In this document: positions 59,369-64,000 of the stretch, piece by piece
Layout of the letters: every line of letters begins with the position of its first letter
Position numbering within the stretch: the stretch's first letter is position 1
Assembly (NCBI GenBank): GCA_965263355.1
Contig: CBDHHL010000032.1
Coordinates: 352,001 to 416,000 of the forward strand
Direction of reading: 5' to 3'
From: Leptolyngbyaceae cyanobacterium
GTDB lineage: Bacteria; Cyanobacteriota; Cyanobacteriia; Phormidesmidales; Phormidesmidaceae
Length of the DNA stretch: 64,000 bases
The notes under the pieces: generated by a model
The model's database searches: none
The model's input: only the letters and a program-made list of their open reading frames with translations
Told to the model about the DNA's origin: nothing
Position numbers and translations under genes: made by a program

Positions 59369-59965
59369 TTGGCGATGTTGAATGACACCGTAGCTTCCTT
59401 TCAATCACCATTTCAGCTCAACTACTCAGAGCGTCTTGATAAGGGGCGAGTGTCCATATTTATTGATGCGGCCCATATGTTTTATTCGGCATCTGCATTA
59501 GGTATTGAGGTTGATTACGGCCAACTTCTCTCGCAGCTAGCTCAAGGTGGTCATTTGCTGCGGGCTTACTTCTATTCGGGTGTAGATCCTAAGAACACGA
59601 AGCAACGTAGCTTTTTGCTGTGGATGAAGCGCAATGGCTATCGAGTGATTACAAAGGAAATTTCAGATAAAGACGGGGCATCTTCTCAGCGTGGGATTGA
59701 TTTCTGTGTTGAGATTACGACAGATATGATTGAGCAGGCAGCGTTCTCTGACACGGTTGTTCTGGTAACTGGTGATGGACGGTTTACGCGTTTACTCAAT
59801 CACTTTTCTCACTTGAGTGCACGGACCGAATTGGTGAGCCTCCATTCGATGACCAGTGAGCAGCTGCTAGATGAAGCCGACAGCATTACCGACTTAGCGA
59901 TGCTGAAGGATGCGATCGCAAAACGTCCGCGAAATTATCGGCGGACCAAATTTGAAGTGGTCTAA
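59369..59965 (+). CDS. NYN-domain (LabA/DUF88) protein, degenerate active site
   Basis: RVSIFID, LLRAYFYSG, FLLWMKRNGYRVITK, VLVTGDG, TSEQLLDEAD. Confidence 0.85.
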   Translation: MAMLNDTVASFQSPFQLNYSERLDKGRVSIFIDAAHMFYSASALGIEVDYGQLLSQLAQGGHLLRAYFYSGVDPKNTKQRSFLLWMKRNGYRVITKEISDKDGASSQRGIDFCVEITTDMIEQAAFSDTVVLVTGDGRFTRLLNHFSHLSARTELVSLHSMTSEQLLDEADSITDLAMLKDAIAKRPRNYRRTKFEVV

Positions 59966-60104
59966 AGTAGGTGAGTCTTTAACATTTAGGCTACAGATAT
60001 CTAGCATTTCGAGAGTTTTGCTCTCCTACTTGGCAATGAGAGTTATCCATTGTTCCAGAAAACTCTCATTGTCCTTTTTTCTAGCAATTTAAACCGTTAT
60101 AACT

Positions 60105-60347
60105 ATGACTTTAATTGATAGTGAAAATCTTAGATTTCTCTGGGGTCTAGTAGAAAATTACAGCCACTTGCTAACAGAAATGAGTGATGATGCTGCCTGT
60201 TTTTGGTTGTTAAAACGAATTAGAGATAATATTCATCTCAACCATGCTGAAATGGATGAGATCAAGACCTACATGAGTAGCCGAATCCATCTGATTCGTG
60301 ACATTGCAAATTCAGAGAGTGCTCGAAACTATGTCACCCAAATCTAA
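60105..60347 (+). CDS. Small cyanobacterial hypothetical protein
   Basis: LRFLWGLVE...SDD....WLL...YMSSRIHLIRDIA pattern. Confidence 0.65.
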   Translation: MTLIDSENLRFLWGLVENYSHLLTEMSDDAACFWLLKRIRDNIHLNHAEMDEIKTYMSSRIHLIRDIANSESARNYVTQI

Positions 60348-60777
60348 CACTCAAAAGCTGAGCAGAGAGGATGTGTAGAGTTTCCATACAATAAAGCCGT
60401 ACAGACCAATTGGCGCAAGAACAAGACCAGCTAAAAAGAACATAGCAACTTTAGTCGGTATTTGTTCTTGCAAAACGAATGCTTTAGATCTATGACGCAT
60501 ACTAGAGTTGAATTCTTCAGATAGCTAAAACACATATTTCCTAAAGAAAGAAATATGTTAAAACAACGCCATTAAATAATGAAGATCAGATTCGAAGAGG
60601 CCCAAGTTCGAATCGATACCTTAACGGTTCTCTACAGTCACCCTTTAAGAACAGATGGCTTAACTATAAGATTTCTACATATCCACATGTGTAGTTATAC
60701 CCACCTATTTGCCAAATGTTAAGTAAGCTACGGATTTACTTAGCATTCTGTAATAATCGTGACGACAATAAAATATA

Positions 60778-61665
60778 TTGATCTGTGAGCAATGTATTAA
60801 GCTTTGTGCTTTTTCTCTATCCCTCTTCAGTATGAGACAGTCTGCTCTTCAGCATAGTCCCGGTCGTCTTTGGCAAGATCACGAGTTTTACCCCGTTCAC
60901 CTGCTTGGCTCAATTCAGTCCCATGGCCTTTTGCTGGTATTGGAGGGAGCTAATTTAACAGTTGTGCAGGCCAGTCAAATTCTGGCAACAGTTTCCCATG
61001 AATATCGTTCGCCATTAGCCGCGATCCTCGGCGCAGCCTCCACGCTAGACCGCCACGGCAACAGTTTAGAGGCATCAAGGCAAGCTCGCTTTCTCCGGAT
61101 GATTCAGGACAAAGCCAGACATATGGCTCGGCTTGTCGACAATATGATTGTTATGCACCAGTGCGAAATCGACCAGACCAAATTTGTCCCATTGCCAATG
61201 AACCTGCTGCAATTTTTGGCAAACCTGGTGGAAGAGCATCGAGAAACAGTGAGTGAGGCCCATGAGCTAATCTTTCAAATGAGTGGTAAAACTGATGGCT
61301 TCTGGGGCGACCAAGGGATACTACACCTAATTTTCGATAATCTATTCTCGAATGCCATCAAGTTCTCCCCTGAGGGAGGACGGGTTGATATTCAACTGCA
61401 GGGGACGCAGACAGATGTCACCATCTCTATCAAAGATACTGGCATTGGTATTCCCGCTGCCGATCAACCCCACCTTTTTGAGTCCTTCAGTCGCGCGAGT
61501 AATGTGGAGAATATCAAAGGCATTGGTCTGGGGCTGTCAATTGCCAAAGCCTGTATAGAACTTCATGAAGGGGAGTTACGGCTAAAGAGTCAGGTAGGCG
61601 AAGGGACAACTATAATTGTGTACCTCCCCAAGCAGCCCAAAGCTGTGCAGAATGTTTATAAGTAG
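60778..61665 (+). CDS. Histidine kinase with truncated phytochrome-type N-terminal PAS remnant
   Basis: PVHLLGSIQSHGLLLVL...VVQASQ fused directly to ILATVSHEYRSPL; NLFSNAIKFS, DTGIGIP, GIGLGL; likely start ATG 60832. Confidence 0.85.
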   Translation: MICEQCIKLCAFSLSLFSMRQSALQHSPGRLWQDHEFYPVHLLGSIQSHGLLLVLEGANLTVVQASQILATVSHEYRSPLAAILGAASTLDRHGNSLEASRQARFLRMIQDKARHMARLVDNMIVMHQCEIDQTKFVPLPMNLLQFLANLVEEHRETVSEAHELIFQMSGKTDGFWGDQGILHLIFDNLFSNAIKFSPEGGRVDIQLQGTQTDVTISIKDTGIGIPAADQPHLFESFSRASNVENIKGIGLGLSIAKACIELHEGELRLKSQVGEGTTIIVYLPKQPKAVQNVYK

Positions 61666-61689
61666 GAGCATTGCTTGCAATGCCCCTAC
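61662..61689. repeat. GTAG-type REP-like palindrome between convergent genes
   Basis: gtaggagcattgc-tt-gcaatgcccctac. Confidence 0.75.
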
Positions 61690-61705
61690 TGGACCTATTC
61701 AATGC

Positions 61706-62092
61706 TTACTGAGGCAAGTCTTTCAAGAGTCCTTGGAGCTGCATATGGCTCAGTAACCAGCTAGTCATCGTAGCCCGTCGGGTCAGACGTGGCACTAGCT
61801 GGTCGATACTGTAGCCCTTAAACCCCAGATAGGTTTTAAGCAGTTGCTTATTAGATTTAGGAATTGAGCGGGTCAACTGCACTGTGGCAGGACGACTTTC
61901 AATAAAGTTAGGTGGTTCGGGAAACTTTTCCCGTAGCGGCTCGAGGACAGCGCTGGCATCCCACTGTGCGGTGGCTGGATCGTATCGGTAGCCCAGATAG
62001 TGCCAAACTAAGCGATTGACTACATCGTCTTCTAACTCTTCATTAAGGATTGCCCAGAGGGTAGCTTCGGTTAGGGGAGGCAAGTCAGTCAT
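61706..62092 (-). CDS. DUF1823-family protein
   Basis: VWHYLGYRYD...PPNFIESRPATVQLTRSIPK.NKQLLK..LGFKGY...PRLTRRAT. Confidence 0.85.
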   Translation of the reverse strand: MTDLPPLTEATLWAILNEELEDDVVNRLVWHYLGYRYDPATAQWDASAVLEPLREKFPEPPNFIESRPATVQLTRSIPKSNKQLLKTYLGFKGYSIDQLVPRLTRRATMTSWLLSHMQLQGLLKDLPQ

Positions 62093-62153
62093 GACAAATG
62101 GCGATGCAACAGAGCATTAGGATAGCAAGTGACTGCCCGGTAAAATTGGCTGG

Positions 62154-63038
62154 TTGACTGGAAAGGGTGTGATGATGGCAATACAGTTGCAATTAAACGG
62201 GTTTACTCAACGGAGTATTCATCAAGCCTTGACTACATTGCCTAGGTCAGAGACACTGGCGCTACTCAAGCGGGTACGGCCTCGATTCGATATTCAGGTA
62301 TTTGAGCAGGTGGCCTCTACCAATGAAACCCTATGGGCTAAGCCAGAGGCAAAGGCAGGGACGGTTGCGATCGCACACACCCAAACCGCTGGCAAAGGCC
62401 AACAGGGTAAACAGTGGTTATCCCAACCAGGTGGGGTATACCTATCGCTAATGTTAGAACCTGATTGGCCTGCGAAGCGTGGGACTCAGCTCACCCTATG
62501 CAGTGTCTGGGGGATTGTCAGTCAATTCAGATGCTTGGGTATTCCAGCGGGCATCAAGTGGCCTAACGATATCGTTGTTAATGGTCAGAAGCTAGGGGGT
62601 ATCTTATGTGAAACTAAGTTGATGGGAGGAATAATCACCCGAGCCGTCATTGGTGTCGGTATTAATGTCTACAATCCAGTGCCAACTACTGGTATCACTT
62701 GGCAAAAATTGACCCAATCGCCGCATAACCAAGCTGCTAATGTTCTCAGTCAGGTGGCAGCAGCAGTGTTACTAGGTATTTGGCAGGGAGTGTTTTATAG
62801 AAATTATACCGATGGGAAAACTTTTACAGATGCTTATCAAAGTCTACTGACCAACCTAAATATGCCTGTAGTTCTGGAAGGAAAGACGTTTAAGGTAGCC
62901 GGAGTTACGGAATTGGGACACTTAACTCTAGTGTCTACGTCACAAGGTGCAGTATCAAACCATGAGCTAGTCGATCAACTGGTTCATATCAAATCCGGTG
63001 AATTATCCCTAGGATATTGCCAATCTGAGGTCAAATAA
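62154..63038 (+). CDS. birA: Biotin--[acetyl-CoA-carboxylase] ligase
   Basis: ASTN, QTAGKGQQGKQWLS, IKWPND, KLGGILCE, IGVGIN. Confidence 0.93.
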   Translation: MTGKGVMMAIQLQLNGFTQRSIHQALTTLPRSETLALLKRVRPRFDIQVFEQVASTNETLWAKPEAKAGTVAIAHTQTAGKGQQGKQWLSQPGGVYLSLMLEPDWPAKRGTQLTLCSVWGIVSQFRCLGIPAGIKWPNDIVVNGQKLGGILCETKLMGGIITRAVIGVGINVYNPVPTTGITWQKLTQSPHNQAANVLSQVAAAVLLGIWQGVFYRNYTDGKTFTDAYQSLLTNLNMPVVLEGKTFKVAGVTELGHLTLVSTSQGAVSNHELVDQLVHIKSGELSLGYCQSEVK

Positions 63039-63158
63039 CTGGCGTTATGCACTCTAACCTTTTGGCTTCACTATCTTGACAAGATTTTGTTCTGCTTACA
63101 CTTAATTTCTTTAATTACTAATTAAATCGTCACTCGAACTTATATATTTACTTTTCCC

Positions 63159-64000
63159 ATGGCTGATTTCCGCCCCTTATCTTCGGTATCGTCTAATTCT
63201 ATTGAGCCCGATAATCGCTCTACCAAAATTGTTTCTAAAGTCATTGTTGCTAATAAACAGCCGGGACAGTTGTGGAAAAAAATCGGCATCGTTGGTTCCG
63301 TTGCTGTGATGGGTGGACAGCCAGTATTGGCTCAGATTGATATCCCGGTTGGTGGTGGTTCTGCCCCTGCCGTAACGACTGAGGCAGAACCTTTCCTAGC
63401 TGCTACTCCTGTAGCTCCAGAGGTCTCTAATTTGGTGGCCCCTCCAGTTGTGGTATCCCCAGAAGCAGCATCTCCTTCATTTTCTAATCCTGCTCCTGCT
63501 TCTAACCCAGTGCCTGTGCCATCAGAGCCAGTCGAAGCTATTACTTCCCAGGTAGAGATAGAGATTGTTACTCCAGAGGTCGAGGCGGTTGCCCCTGAAA
63601 CAGAGAGTGTTGCTACTGTTGAGGCAGTGTCTGAAGACGTGATGCCCGAAGTAACGGCGGCGACTGAAGAGGAAGCGCAAACTGAAGCAGTAGCGACTGA
63701 CGTGGATGTCGTTACCCCCAATGTAGAGATTGTTAGACCTAATGACGTTTTACCTGAAGTCATTCCATCCGTTGAAGATCTGGCAGCAGAATATGGTGGT
63801 GCATTAGTAGATCCAACTGAGTACAGTGCAGGAGCAACCCTGGAGCCAAACGCTCCTGAGGTATTTGTATCAGAACGTTCTACAGGCTGTGAATATAAGG
63901 TCGATGTGGAAAACATTAGTGGTTGTGGTACCGCTAATGAAGACGCGACTGCTGTGGCCAGTGCCCCTAGAACGGTAATTCCCCAGGCTTCGATTAATAT
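63159..64000 (+). CDS. Exported protein with P/E/A-rich linker, probably the N-terminus of a cyanobacterial M23 peptidase; runs off the window
   Basis: Not in the ORF track. Open frame from ATG 63159 (MADFRPL...QPVLAQ) containing DPTEYSAGAT...SERSTGC; the catalytic domain is not visible in the window. Confidence 0.6.
   Translation, partial: MADFRPLSSVSSNSIEPDNRSTKIVSKVIVANKQPGQLWKKIGIVGSVAVMGGQPVLAQIDIPVGGGSAPAVTTEAEPFLAATPVAPEVSNLVAPPVVVSPEAASPSFSNPAPASNPVPVPSEPVEAITSQVEIEIVTPEVEAVAPETESVATVEAVSEDVMPEVTAATEEEAQTEAVATDVDVVTPNVEIVRPNDVLPEVIPSVEDLAAEYGGALVDPTEYSAGATLEPNAPEVFVSERSTGCEYKVDVENISGCGTANEDATAVASAPRTVIPQASIN

Larger units (their letters stand above)
1612..62374. repeat. HIP1 octamer GCGATCGC, about 20 dispersed copies, often extended to TGCGATCGCA
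   Basis: Examples at 1612, 3930, 4072, 7217, 7330, 10902, 17425, 24232, 25161, 38956, 43204, 46159, 50111, 59912, 62367. Confidence 0.9.

Noticed and set aside
60590..60625. gttcgaatc resembling a tRNA T-loop
   Set aside because: No cloverleaf or acceptor stem can be formed around it.
63332..63916. 194-aa S/T-rich minus-strand ORF
   Set aside because: Antisense shadow of the plus-strand P/E/A-rich gene starting at 63159.

Overview
Chromosomal window from a cyanobacterium (about 20 HIP1 GCGATCGC octamers; ntcA, pex, ndhH, ccb1, cyAbrB, Hik2-like kinase); the gene content suggests a Leptolyngbya-like filamentous lineage (inference). Housekeeping genes include sppA (partial), fni, pyrR, fabI, rsmH, ndhH, moaD, mltA and birA. 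Mixed among them are: (i) cellulose-synthase components in two loci, a porin-TPR-GH8 block at 2.9-8.4 kb and bcsB-bcsA at 31.7-36.8 kb; (ii) a PatA-CheY-CheW-MCP(DXCF cyanobacteriochrome)-CheA phototaxis-type operon right after bcsA, whose cheA is broken by an apparent 1-nt frameshift; (iii) an RsbU/RsbW-type partner-switch pair; (iv) several intact-frame but degenerate genes: a type IIG-like methyltransferase lacking NPPY, a PhnL-like remnant, a NYN protein lacking acidic residues, and a phytochrome-like kinase with its photosensory core deleted; (v) an accessory patch at 54-61 kb with Uma2/DUF29 genes, a pentapeptide-repeat fusion and a 92-bp MITE; (vi) three copies of a 74-bp structured dispersed repeat, plus REP-like palindromes. 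No tRNA, rRNA, CRISPR array, integrase or transposase was seen. All calls are by eye from motifs; no database searches were run.
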